Shown: in pieces, positions 11,201-22,151 of the stretch
Layout of the letters: every line of letters begins with the position of its first letter
Position numbering within the stretch: the first letter of the stretch is position 1
NCBI GenBank assembly: GCA_001599295.1
Contig: BCGN01000003.1
Coordinates: forward strand, 620,001 to 684,000
Length of the DNA stretch: 64,000 bases
Reading direction: 5' to 3'
DNA from: Sporopachydermia quercuum
Taxonomy: Eukaryota
Position numbers and translations under genes: made by a program
The notes under the pieces: generated by a model
What the model was told of the DNA's origin: nothing
Databases searched by the model: none
Seen by the model: the letters and a program-made list of their open reading frames with translations, nothing else

Positions 11201-13906
11201 ATGGCTGAAGAAGTGCAGCAAGAACTCTATCCGTTGGCTCTGCTGATGGAAGAACTAAAGGTAAGACGAATCATGGAGTTTCGCGCGTGTTGGATCGGCA
11301 GTTAGAAACGCTGCTCTAATAAGATGTTGATGATAATTATTTAATGTTCTCTCTCCTTCATTTCCAGTCTTGATCCGGCAGTTGTGTAAGCGACAAGTTT
11401 TCTAAACTGTGTACTGACGAACTTTTTGATAGCAAGATGATGTCACTCATAGGGTACAAGCAATTGAGCGGCTGCCTACAATTGCATTAGCTCTGGGAGC
11501 TGAGAAAACCCGTACTGAACTACTTCCTTTTCTAGAAGGTATGCATGCATTGCTGATGGTTAAATAGATATAGGTCAAGAAAGACCATGTAACTATGTGA
11601 GAGAGATACTAACTATGAATATAGAAGTTACCCAAGACGATGAAGACGAAGTTTGCACTGTTTTAGGTCAGCAACTTGGCGATTTTGTTCCCTTTGTAGG
11701 AGGATCCGAATTTGCTTATGTTTTGATTCCTCCTCTAGAAACATTAGCAGGATTAGAAGAACCAGTTGTAAGAGATAAAGCTGTGGAATCATTGAATAAA
11801 ATATGTAATTGTTTGACTCTAAGTCAAATTGATGATTATTTCATTGCTCTTATTGATCGATTAAGTACTACGGAATGGTTTTCCAGTAGAGTGGCTGCCA
11901 CAGCTTTGTTCAAAAGCGTTTTCAAAATCAATAATGATAATCTAAGAGTGCATCTTTTGAAAGCATTTGCTCAGTTAGTTCAAGATGAAGCACCAATGGT
12001 CCGTCGGGCTGCTGCTGCTAGTTTACCGGAAATCGTGGAAATATTAGTAGTGCCGAAAAATCTACAACCTCCTAAACAGCCTGCTGGGGAAGAGGACTCT
12101 CCAACCGATGACGATAAAGAAATCGGTGACGATATATTAGATACTCCTGAGGCTGTTATTGAGGACTCTCTTATTCAAATGTTTGATTTCGAAGCCTCTG
12201 ATGATCATGATACTGTAAGGTACTTATCTGTTGATGTATTGGAAACCCTTGCCAGGTGTTTCCATGCCAAATATGGGAAGGATGCTATTAAAGCTTTTCA
12301 AGATGAAAAGGAAAGTGGTCAAACATCGGCCGAACCTTCTGGTTCTAGTACTACAGATACTTCTCCTGAAACTGTAGGCAAAGCTAAGTTGAATGAATTA
12401 GTAATCTACACAATGCATTTAGTTGGTGATCCAAGTTGGAAAGTAAGATTCCGTGTTGGTGAAAAGTACGCATCACTAGTTAATTCTTTAGGTTTAGAAG
12501 ATCAAGAGTCGAATGATAAATTGCTGTCTGGCTTTGTTACTCTTTTAAAAGATCCAGAAGCTGAAACACGTATTGCTATTCTGAAAACTATACCTGAATC
12601 CTGTTGCAACTTTGGTGAAGAGGCCATCTTAAAGCATATTCTCCCGGTTTTGATATTATTAGCTAAGGATGCTAATGAACAGGTCCGAGCAGCAGTTTCC
12701 ACCAAAATCACATCATTGGCTCCTTTGGTGGGCAGAGAGGAAACATTAGCTCAGTTGATTCCTGTGGTGCTTCAAATGCTTAAAGATGAATTTCCAGAGG
12801 TCAGATTGAATGTGATTGCTAATCTGAAAGCTGTTAATGGAACTGTGGGGATTGGTGAGCTGTCTAACTCCTTACTTCCTGCTATCACTGAACTAGCAAA
12901 GGACAAGCAATGGAGAGTCAGACTGGCAATAATAGAGTATATTCCTTTATTAGCTGAACAGCTAGGAGCTGCATTCTTTGATAAGGAATTGGGTTCTTTA
13001 TGTATGAGCTGGTTATGGGATCCTGTTTATTCTATTCGTGTAGCTGCTGTCACGAATCTGCAAAAGCTAACATTAGTGTTTGGTGCTGAGTGGGCCAAAC
13101 AAGAAATAATAATCCCTATTTTGTCCTTGAGCCAGGAAAGGCTAGAAAATCGTTCTAGTGGCTCAGACAATAGCAACCCCAGCAATAGCAACCCCAGCAA
13201 TAGCAACAATAGCAACATCAACAATGACACCAACATAAACAATAACAACAATACTGACACTACTACTAGCAATACTAATGATAATGATAATAACGATTCT
13301 GGTGAGCCTGGCGATTTACCAGTTGATGAACCAGATTCTGCATCAGCACAAGAAGGCACTTTTGATATACATAAAAGCTTTATGTATCGGATCACGTCTT
13401 TGTTTGCTGTAACCAAATTGGCTCCTGTGGTTGATGCTTCAATCATTGAACAGTACATAATTCCTTATGTTGACTCATTGGTTGAAGATGGGGTTCCCAA
13501 CATCAGATTCAATGTAGCTACAGCCTATTTCAACATATCGCAAGCGCTTCTTCAGAAATCCGTTCCAGAAAGTAATACAACTGAGGCCAAAAACTTGGCA
13601 GGCAAGCAAAATGGAGGAAACAATGAAACAGAAGCAACTCCAGGTTTGGGGAATATCATTAAAAGCTCTGAAGATGATGAGCTTGACTCAGTTGCTACCT
13701 CTAATACTTCTTCACCCGTTGAATCGGTTATCAATGGTGATGGAGATAATGAATGGAAGAAGTTCTGTACAAGTCAAGCTATAGAATTGATCAAAACACA
13801 TATTGTTCCTAGGCTGGAATCATTAGAGAAAGATGAAGATGTGGATGTTCGATATTTTGCAAACCAAAGCCGACAGAGTATTATGGATTTAGTAGAGAAT
13901 TTCTAG
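11201..13906 (+). CDS. TPD3: PP2A scaffold (A) subunit, HEAT repeats. 3 exons: 11201-11260, 11433-11538, 11625-13906; 815 aa
   Basis: Spliced N-terminus [65 protein letters not shown]. Introns GTAAGA..TACTGAC..TAG and GTATGC..TACTAAC..TAG. Conserved [19 protein letters not shown] and DVDVRYFA. Confidence 0.95.
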
Positions 13907-14043
13907 CAGCTCATCCGGCAAAGAGGAACGATAAAAAGGAAGAAAAGAAAAGACTTTATGGCTTTACAAACTCATATATATTATATACCTGTATGATATA
14001 TTCATTTATTTATATATGCCATGAATAATTTATATTACAACTT

Positions 14044-15072
14044 TTATTCTACTGTAGGTACCAATCGCTCTGCCCTAACAACCATTGGTAACATCCCACC
14101 AGGTTGAACTAAAAACTTATGGTGCCCTGTAACAAGGCAAAAAGCTCTAATGGTTCCTGAATGACAAGTAATACTTATATATTGGGATGGTGATATTTTG
14201 AACAGATCATTGAGCCATCGATTAACTCTGAAGCAGTGATCTGACACACGCTCTCTTTCGTCTTCCTTCCATGACTCATCTGTCTCAGTAACAGAATCAT
14301 CAAGGTCAAAGTATTTGAAGAACCCTTGGCCATCAGTTTGAGTCACATCTACGTCGCTGAAATTAACTGTTTTGGGTAAACTGTCTCCTTGACGCTGAAA
14401 TCTCTCAGTTAAATGCTTTCTGTTTGCTCTTCTATCGCAGGTGTACTGTCCCATTTGCTCCCGAAGGTTTTCATACATTGCTGGTATGTAGTTTTTCTTA
14501 CCGTTATTAAAAGCAATGTCACCCCAAGTATATACACAAGTATCACCAGCTCTAGTGAAAGGTGAGCAATAATATTCTGTTGGAAAAGGAGCTCCAACAC
14601 CAAGCTCTTTCTTCCAAGCAGTATTCATTACATACGCTTGCTTAATACCAAGAGCTGTCAAATATGCATCAGGACCCCAAGTGAACTCTCCAAATCCATT
14701 AAGCCTGTATAGCTTTTCATGCCATACATAACTGCCATAAATCTCTTGCACTAGATTGTGTATGCCTTGCCCATGGCGAGCAATGAACAGGACTTTGTAT
14801 GATACATTGGTAGGAGCATCAGCGTTCAGTTTATTGACTTGAGATTTGAATTCTTCCCATGACGAGGCCTTTCTGCCAAAGTTACTGGTCAAGATGTCAA
14901 TTGTTTGATATGGAATGCTTCTATCTGATTGGAGAAACATATCAGGCACAATTTCAAACTTGAAAGGATGATCTTCTAGTGGAGATTCTTCTAGTAATTT
15001 CTCATATGTCTCTCGGAATACTTCTCCTGTGTTATGATCAGAGTAATTTGATGTGCCCGTTGATCCTAACAT
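14044..15072 (-). CDS. PMU1: Histidine phosphatase / phosphoglycerate mutase-family protein, Pmu1-like, 342 aa
   Basis: YKVLFIARHGQGIHN (RHG motif), DAYLTALG, SPFTRA, LREQMGQYTCDRR, ISITCHSGTI. Confidence 0.7.
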   Translation of the reverse strand: MLGSTGTSNYSDHNTGEVFRETYEKLLEESPLEDHPFKFEIVPDMFLQSDRSIPYQTIDILTSNFGRKASSWEEFKSQVNKLNADAPTNVSYKVLFIARHGQGIHNLVQEIYGSYVWHEKLYRLNGFGEFTWGPDAYLTALGIKQAYVMNTAWKKELGVGAPFPTEYYCSPFTRAGDTCVYTWGDIAFNNGKKNYIPAMYENLREQMGQYTCDRRANRKHLTERFQRQGDSLPKTVNFSDVDVTQTDGQGFFKYFDLDDSVTETDESWKEDERERVSDHCFRVNRWLNDLFKISPSQYISITCHSGTIRAFCLVTGHHKFLVQPGGMLPMVVRAERLVPTVE

Positions 15073-15752
15073 TTTGATAAATATGCAACGATGATGTTTT
15101 GATATCTTTGATTGAACTGATGATCTAGTGGCGTATCTCTATTGTTGTTCTTTGTTCTCTATTGCTTATCAGATTAGATCTGGATGTATCAGCGATTCAC
15201 AGTTTTCAAGTGCCGAGGTTTAACAATGTTGGAAATAAACAGTGATGATGAAGTCACTGCAGCGAGCTTTTCGGTATTTGATATATCCTTGTCTGAAGAT
15301 AATAAGGAAAAACTACTGTTGAACAGCTATCTAAACGCAAGTTTCAAGTTACCTAACCGTCAATTAACTGATTATTCTCTAACATATATACTAGCAGTGG
15401 TAATAGTATAGCTACTTTCAATGAAATCCTAACCCATTCGTCAGAAAGCGAGACTATGAAGATCAACAAGATGGGGACGTTCATAGCCAGTTGATCGTCA
15501 GTTAATGAACTATGGAAGAATACAAGGAAAAGGATAAACCAATAACCTGGTTGGTAACCAGCTTCTCTGTGCAAGACGCATGAAATGTAGTTCTGCCTCA
15601 TCGTCATACAGAGAAGGAACAATAAGGTTGAGGAGCGTTTAAACTTAAATATAAGGTTTAGACAGGGAGGAGGAAAAAGTTACAGTAAACTGGGCTAGTT
15701 TTGGGGTAGGATACAAAAACAAGAAGAGTACATTTTCAATTTCAAAAAGTAC

Positions 15753-15825
15753 GGTCTAGTGGTGTAACGGTTATCACGTCTCGTTTACACCGAGGAGGCT
15801 CCGAGTTCGATTCTCGGCTGGATCA
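15753..15825 (+). tRNA. tRNA-Val (anticodon TAC), intronless
   Basis: Acceptor stem GGTCTAG/CTGGATC, D arm with TGGTGTAACGG, anticodon loop TT-TAC-AC, T loop GTTCGATTC, followed by a T-run Pol III terminator. Confidence 0.95.
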
Positions 15826-16404
15826 TTCTTTTTGGTTTATGTTTTGGTATCTTGGTATTATGATTGTATGGTTGAAAGAGTATTGTTTATTATTTATTAT
15901 TTACACCAATACCGTTTATATTCAGCAGATTGTTTCTTTCTAATGTATGTTGAGCACTATTTTGGTTTTACATGTCTCCTATGCTGATAGGCAAAGGGCA
16001 GGACACACTCTCTAAGGATTGAATGCGAATGTCTAGATAGGTATAGAAAAGTTTATACAAACGCTATATTCCTGTGGCTAGGTGATGTAGTTGATTTTAA
16101 CAGCTGATTATAATGAAGAATCATGTTTTGAGTGTACGGGCTGAACTGTTCTTAGAGATTCACTTCTTTTGGTATTCCAGTTCATCAATAACGGGTTCAA
16201 ATGGTATACAGATGTGAAATGTTGAAGCCGACAAATAAATAACACTTAACCTCCATTAAAATTTATCTTCGCCCTAGTAACTATAATTATGCTTGACAGC
16301 CTTTCTGTATTGCCTAATTCCTTAATTCCTTCTTCTTCATGTAAAGTAAATCTCAATACTATCTATCTCATCCAATTTCAATCTGATTACCAATAGTGAA
16401 AGAG

Positions 16405-17535
16405 TCAAAACTCTAAGTCAGCTTTTGAAAACGTTCTGCTCGGTTTACCTGATTTCAAAGTTGCTAGTTGACTTGCAAAATCAGTCTCATCATCAGCATT
16501 CCTCTGTGCAAAAACTTTGCTCACTACCCCAGGGCATAAACCTGAAACCGCAAGAGTGCATATATCGCATCTTGGAGCTCGAGGAGCGCATACAGTTTGG
16601 CCAAATCCTACCAGCACTGGATTTAGCTCCATCCATAAATCCCGTGGTAACCAACTCTCTAAACTCTCCCTAGTTGTTTCAGGAGTTTGGTTCTTTTTCT
16701 TCTTTGTCCGGGGATCAATCCAATTCCACATAGCAGCCAATCGATGTATATGAGTATCAATACCAATACCATCGGTCTTATTCCAGGCTTTCTGTAGTAG
16801 TAAATATCCCATTTTTGGTCCAACTCCGGGAAAAGATGTAATATCATCAATTTCTTTTGGAATATCACCGTTGTGTTTCTCTTGGATGATCACTGATGTT
16901 TGCTTTATATATTTGGACTTCTTATTATGAAACCCCACACTGAAAATCTGTGTATCAAGATCTTTCTCGCTTATTTTTAGAATAGACTCAAGACATATTC
17001 CCTGTGGGTACCCTAGCTCGAGTTGTATATATTGCTGCAGTTTACTCATTGCTTGATAGTTTACCTCATCTTTAGTTTGAGATGACAGCATCAGGGCTAT
17101 AAGTAGTTGAAACCTGTAAGTCCTACCATCCTCTTGTTTAATTCCAGGTCCGCTGATTCTCTCAGGTATCATATGACAGCCCATCATGTCTACTGGAGTT
17201 ATTAATTGTTCTCTCATAGCTTTCACCTGCTGGTATAGCTCTCGCCAGTTCTTGGGTTCCCAGCCAATCACCTGCTGCTGATTACACTCATGATGGTGTT
17301 CCTGTTTAAGTAGTAGTCCTTTATCCGATCTCACAATCTTCTTGGGTTTTCTAAGAGAATTCAAATCCACTTTCTTTTCTATTTCTTCTTTTTTAGTTTC
17401 CAACAATGCTGAGTCGTTTAAATCTTCATATTTGGTCTCAGTTTTTATTGATATCTGCCTACTAAGCTTCCTTCGTTTAGAAGGATGAATGCTCGTTTCA
17501 AGCACTGCTTTTCTACCTGATCTCAACGTAACCAT
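16405..17535 (-). CDS. NTG2: Endonuclease III-like DNA glycosylase/AP lyase (Ntg1/Ntg2/Nth1 family), 376 aa
   Basis: LMLSSQTKDE, HhH motif FPGVGPKMGYL, GIGIDTHIHR, NPVLVGFGQTVC and a C-terminal 4-Cys Fe-S motif (CAPRAPRCDICTLAVSGLC). Equivalent to the pre-duplication NTG1/NTG2 gene. Confidence 0.9.
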   Translation of the reverse strand: MVTLRSGRKAVLETSIHPSKRRKLSRQISIKTETKYEDLNDSALLETKKEEIEKKVDLNSLRKPKKIVRSDKGLLLKQEHHHECNQQQVIGWEPKNWRELYQQVKAMREQLITPVDMMGCHMIPERISGPGIKQEDGRTYRFQLLIALMLSSQTKDEVNYQAMSKLQQYIQLELGYPQGICLESILKISEKDLDTQIFSVGFHNKKSKYIKQTSVIIQEKHNGDIPKEIDDITSFPGVGPKMGYLLLQKAWNKTDGIGIDTHIHRLAAMWNWIDPRTKKKKNQTPETTRESLESWLPRDLWMELNPVLVGFGQTVCAPRAPRCDICTLAVSGLCPGVVSKVFAQRNADDETDFASQLATLKSGKPSRTFSKADLEF

Positions 17536-18543
17536 CCTTCNACAAAGTCGCCTTCAATCTTTCACTAGTTATAAAGCAGCATATAGCTAAACGCATATAC
17601 ACGATAAACAATCTGTCCTCAATAAGTCTCTCAAGTACCTTACAAGACAGTTAGTAATCAGTTTTGTCTTTCCTCGAAGATACAAATGAATTTTTGCCTA
17701 CAGATAAAATTTGGGCGTTCTGTTTAAAGTTTGAGCTAACTTTTAGATTCTTACCTTTTTTGATTTGGCGTTTGTTCTTTGCAGAGATTAGTTAAACTTA
17801 ACTTTTCTAAGCTCAAGAACTAAGCATGTGGGAATAAGAATGCATAATAATATAATGGCTAGTCTATGTATTTTATGATATTCCTTGTAGGTATGGAACT
17901 AATAAAACGTCATTCCAATAGCTTTTGGTTTTCATTTTCGACTGATAATGATGACCAAAGTTCTTATTTGTCTAGATCTGCACGGTTCTTGTTCATATCT
18001 GTTCTGCAATTTTCCAACTGACTTCCTCATATTAAACAGGCAGTCAACGAAAGTTTTCTTATAAGGCTGTTTAGCCCGTTTGAAGATTATTCAACCTAAA
18101 ATCTAAACAGTATGTTGTAGAGTCTAGAGTTTCATGCTTTCCTATCGTCTGTTTAATTGTTCCTATCAATCAAGCTGCATGATATTCCTACCAAATGCTT
18201 TTATTAAAAAAAAGAGTGAAGCAAGATAGCAACCGTAAGATTTTTGACCAATACAACATTCTCTCTACAGTGTTAATACAAAGTTCAATTATTTCATTTA
18301 GTTTGTTTCCTNATAAATCTACAAAGAAAATAAAACATTCATATCTCGTCTCTACTTCTAATCATAAACAATTACATGTTCCATCATCAACTTCTCCACC
18401 TCTTCACTTCTCCACCTCTCCATCTTTCCTCTATGTCTTTCCTCTATGTTCCTCATCATACATTCATCTCCATCGGCTCTTTGTCGTGTTTCCTCATCCC
18501 ATCTCCCACACACTCCTATCCCATACTATCCTATCCTCAACCA

Positions 18544-20545
18544 CTATGTCTTTCGAGTCCCATGACGGACGCCATACTCAGGAGTACTCTGTCTAGTTGT
18601 TTCTTTCACTTTCTTGAACTGGAATTTACCCATTAACGAGATATGATCCGATGGATTGAAATAGTTAGGAAATCCAACCACATGGCGCAAATACTCCTTG
18701 TCCATTTCACCTAATAACCCACGAACTGTTAATGACGGTGTAGAATACCAAATATAATCAATGACATCGGTAAACAACGGAGTGAAATTAGTAAACGGCA
18801 GCTCTCCTATGCTATCATAAGAAGACTTCAATACAAACGGATGAGTGAACCCTTCCGATGTATATCGACCATAATCTCTACCTTGGAAATCTTCATGCTT
18901 AGTCACTTTACCTTGGGAAAACAGCTGATAAACAGCAGAATCAGGAGTTGAATTGAAATCTCCGCAAACTAATAGTGGAACTTTCCTTGAATCCGAATAC
19001 TTATACTTCTTAACGAACTTATCAGTGATATCTTTTAATTCCTCGAATAAAACACCAACTTGAAGAGTTTTAACATCATTAAATGCAGGATCCCAATACA
19101 AATGAGTGTTAGCAACAATAATCTTTTGTCCAGAAGTCTTATGTAAGAATTGGGTTATAAGAGCGATATTGTCTTTATTCATTACTCTGTTGAAAACATC
19201 TTCAGTTTTCTTGAACTTTTCTTGGGCCATAACAACTCTTGAATACTCAATTAGNTTTCTATCTAGTAGTTCGAATTTATCTGCCTTATAAAACGTGGCA
19301 CAGCCATCGACTTTCTTTGCTTCTCTTTCATTCATCGTCCTGGACCGTGATTTGGCATTAAAGCATCCTTTATATCCTTTTTCCTCCATAAATGGTAACC
19401 AAAATGTTTCATAGCCGTTGGTTTCAACTTCTTGAAGGCACACTAAATCAGCATTGGCTTCCAGAATCTCCATCTTCAAAGATTCCTTTCGACAATTCCA
19501 ATCTAATGCCCAAGCTGGAGTATATTTGTACATTCTGGCTGTAGCATAATGAGGACATAATGTATTATAAGACATAATAGTGAAGCATTCATCATCGTCA
19601 GCATTATTATCACCTTCCGCCCCATTAGAAGCTTTCTCGCCATCCTCTTCTAATTCAACCCATTCTCGTTTAGCAGGAGGAAGTCCTTCTGGTGCTTGAT
19701 CTCGTAGATGCATGATAAACTCAGAAGTCCCCAATTCTGCTAACATATTTAATTGACTCTTTTCTAATGGATTGCCNTCCAAACCTAAAAATTCTAATTC
19801 AAAAAGGTTACCGAACTCATAAGGTACATGTTTGATGTAATTATCAAACAGATATAAATACCTAAGATTGAAAACCATTGCTAAATCNAAAGGTAATTCT
19901 GATATCTCATTAGCCGATAAGTCCAAAACTCTTAACAGCTTCAGGTTTCTGATCATTGGAGGAATCGTTCTGATTTTATTACCATTTAGATACAATTTTG
20001 TTAGAAAGTCGTAACTTTTAAACAGCCTGTTATTGATACTGAACATCTTCTGACCACTCAGATCTAATTCTAGCCACATTTGACCAGCAACTAGTTGCTT
20101 ATCTTTTGATTTAGAATCATCCGGCTCTTCTTTCCGGGTAGTTCCAGTGATTTTTACTCCAGATTCACTGGCACTTGCAACAGGAGAGTCAGTCTCTGAT
20201 GTGTTGTTCAGTAGTTCAGATGTCAGATCTACTAATGAAGGCTTGTTATTTGAGCTGAAGGAAGTTCCCGTTTTTAGTGTTTTACGAGATGATAAGGCCG
20301 ACAGTCTGGCATAGTTGTGCCCTGAATTAGAGGATCTGGACACTTGGCATAGCTGAACTTGTTGTTTCCAAAACGGTGATGATGCAATAGCAGGATCGAT
20401 GGTTGAGACTTGTGGTGACTGGGGAATGGCACCAGGGTTTAGTCCTATGAGATCTTGTGACTGTTGTTGCTGTAGCTGTTGTTGTTGCAAAGAAGGTTGA
20501 GACTGCTGTTGAAGTTGAAGTTGATGTTGAAGTTGCTGCTGTTGC

Positions 20546-20590
<45 letters not shown>

Positions 20591-20775
20591 AAAAGAGCAT
20601 GTGCTGAATAGGAATTTAGATCATTTAAATGAACATTTTGAGGATCTAGCACGCCATTTTCGAAAAGATGTTGTTGCTGTTGNGAAGGCTGTTGTTGCTG
20701 CTGCTGTTGCTGGAAAAATGCCTGCCGGGAAAATTGAGAAGGTTGACTAGCCATGAGTTTAGTCCTTCTGTTCAT
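18544..20775 (-). CDS. CCR4: CCR4-NOT deadenylase catalytic subunit (poly-Q N-terminus, LRR, EEP nuclease). Start ATG is 20775 or 20754
   Basis: LRRs (LTKLYLNGN, LRVLDLSAN, LRYLYLFDN), SYNTLC, CLQEVE, NTHLYWDP, CGDFNS, IDYIWYS, PSDH. Confidence 0.95.
20533..20590 (-). repeat. (CAA/CAG)n microsatellite encoding poly-Gln in CCR4
   Basis: (ttg)n run on the + strand. Confidence 0.95.
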
Positions 20776-21003
20776 AACTACTGAAACCTGGTCCCTAAAC
20801 AACTATTCTAGAAGTTCGGGTCAGTTAGGTTCCACTGTTATACTGGGAACAGTGAATAAAGTCTTGCTTTCTTTGGTTTACTCTTTCTCTTCATAGAAAC
20901 AATTGTAGCTCCTGACTGATGTTGTATTTCTCCACCAGGAGCTATTTTAATTCACCCTACAAAAAATTATGATCCCGCCGGTAACACTATTTTAACCTTC
21001 TAT

Positions 21004-21372
21004 CTGTAAGAATTATTTAGTTAGTATAAACATTGTGTTTCGAATAATGCTTCTGACNGTTGANGATCCGACAGTCGTTTAAAGCCTATTTGCCATCTAA
21101 ACCTATGTTCTGCTTTATTGTTGGTGGTTTAATTGATTGATAACTTGCTCTATCAGTCTCTGCCTCTAAAGGGGTTTCCTCAAATCAAATGGAACGGATA
21201 TCCAATTCCCAATGTTGTGATCTATTTCTATTGAACATTCATTTACTTTATTCATTGATACATTCATACGTTGTCCTACTCGTCATCATAGCATCATCAT
21301 TGTTGTTTATCCGTATCTACTAATAGTCTGTGTCTATCTCTATCTAAGCAGCTCACATCAAACAACACATAC
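21004..21372 (-). other. Candidate 5'-UTR intron of CCR4
   Basis: Minus-strand GTATGT at 21372-21367 (alternative GTATGA at 21269), TACTAAC at 21026-21020, CTTACAG ending at 21004. Confidence 0.55.
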
Positions 21373-22151
21373 CAATTACAAATCAATCCAATACTCAATT
21401 CTAGCTTCATATATTTCCTTGTTTCTTTACTTTTATACGTTTTATTTGATATATTTATATGATACTTCAAAAGTTAACACTATTCGCTGGTATTCCTGTA
21501 TGCAAGTATTGACTATTCACTTCGCCCACTAAAGTCTGTTTTTGGGTGTCTCTTTTGGTTTGAAAATTTTGGGACAGGAGATGGAAGGAAAGTCTTCTGA
21601 AACACCCCTTGAATGGTCGACCGGGTGATCTGTAGTTCAAACTCAATTTACGTCATGGTTGCAGGTGGTTGGTGGGAAAAGGCACTTGCAGAATAAGGTT
21701 GAAATTTATATGCAATATGATGCAGGCAGATACAGGTTAGACAAGTTTAAATGGTAGACATTGAAATGTGTGGGTGATTTGATTTAATTACTTGTGATAT
21801 GGTTAACATTAGTTTCATTAATGATTGTTTTGTTATTATTGTTATACAGGTTGTCTCTTCATTAAAGGTAAGATTGGTTACTAGGATGTGTATTAGGTGT
21901 TGCTTGATAAGTTTAGTTGATGTGTACTGAGAAAGGCAAGTACAGGTTAGTGATGAAAGGAAGAGAGAGGAAAAATTGGAACTAGCTCATGTTTCGTCAT
22001 CGACTAATCGTACTTGTATTCAGCACAGGATCTACTTTGCTTCCTATATGAAGATACCCGAATTTCTCTATCATATATTTTCACCATCTATTAGTATAAA
22101 CATTCCTCACCACCAGTAGCTTGCGATGTCCTCCTCCTGTGAATCGTAACT

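Noticed and set aside
11240..11245. Possible CUG reassignment (Ser or Ala yeast clades)
   Set aside because: CTG codons fall on conserved Leu in TPD3 (YPLALLM, ALALG), consistent with the standard code.
15100..15752. Ty LTR or solo LTR upstream of the tRNA
   Set aside because: No TG..CA-bounded element, target-site duplication or second copy is visible.
18181..18240. ATATTCCTA resembling the snR30/U17 m1 motif
   Set aside because: No matching m2 (AAACCAT) or terminal ACA hairpin context.
18195..18636. 133-aa and 86-aa plus-strand ORFs
   Set aside because: Low-complexity pyrimidine-rich sequence antisense to the CCR4 3' end, with no protein-like features.
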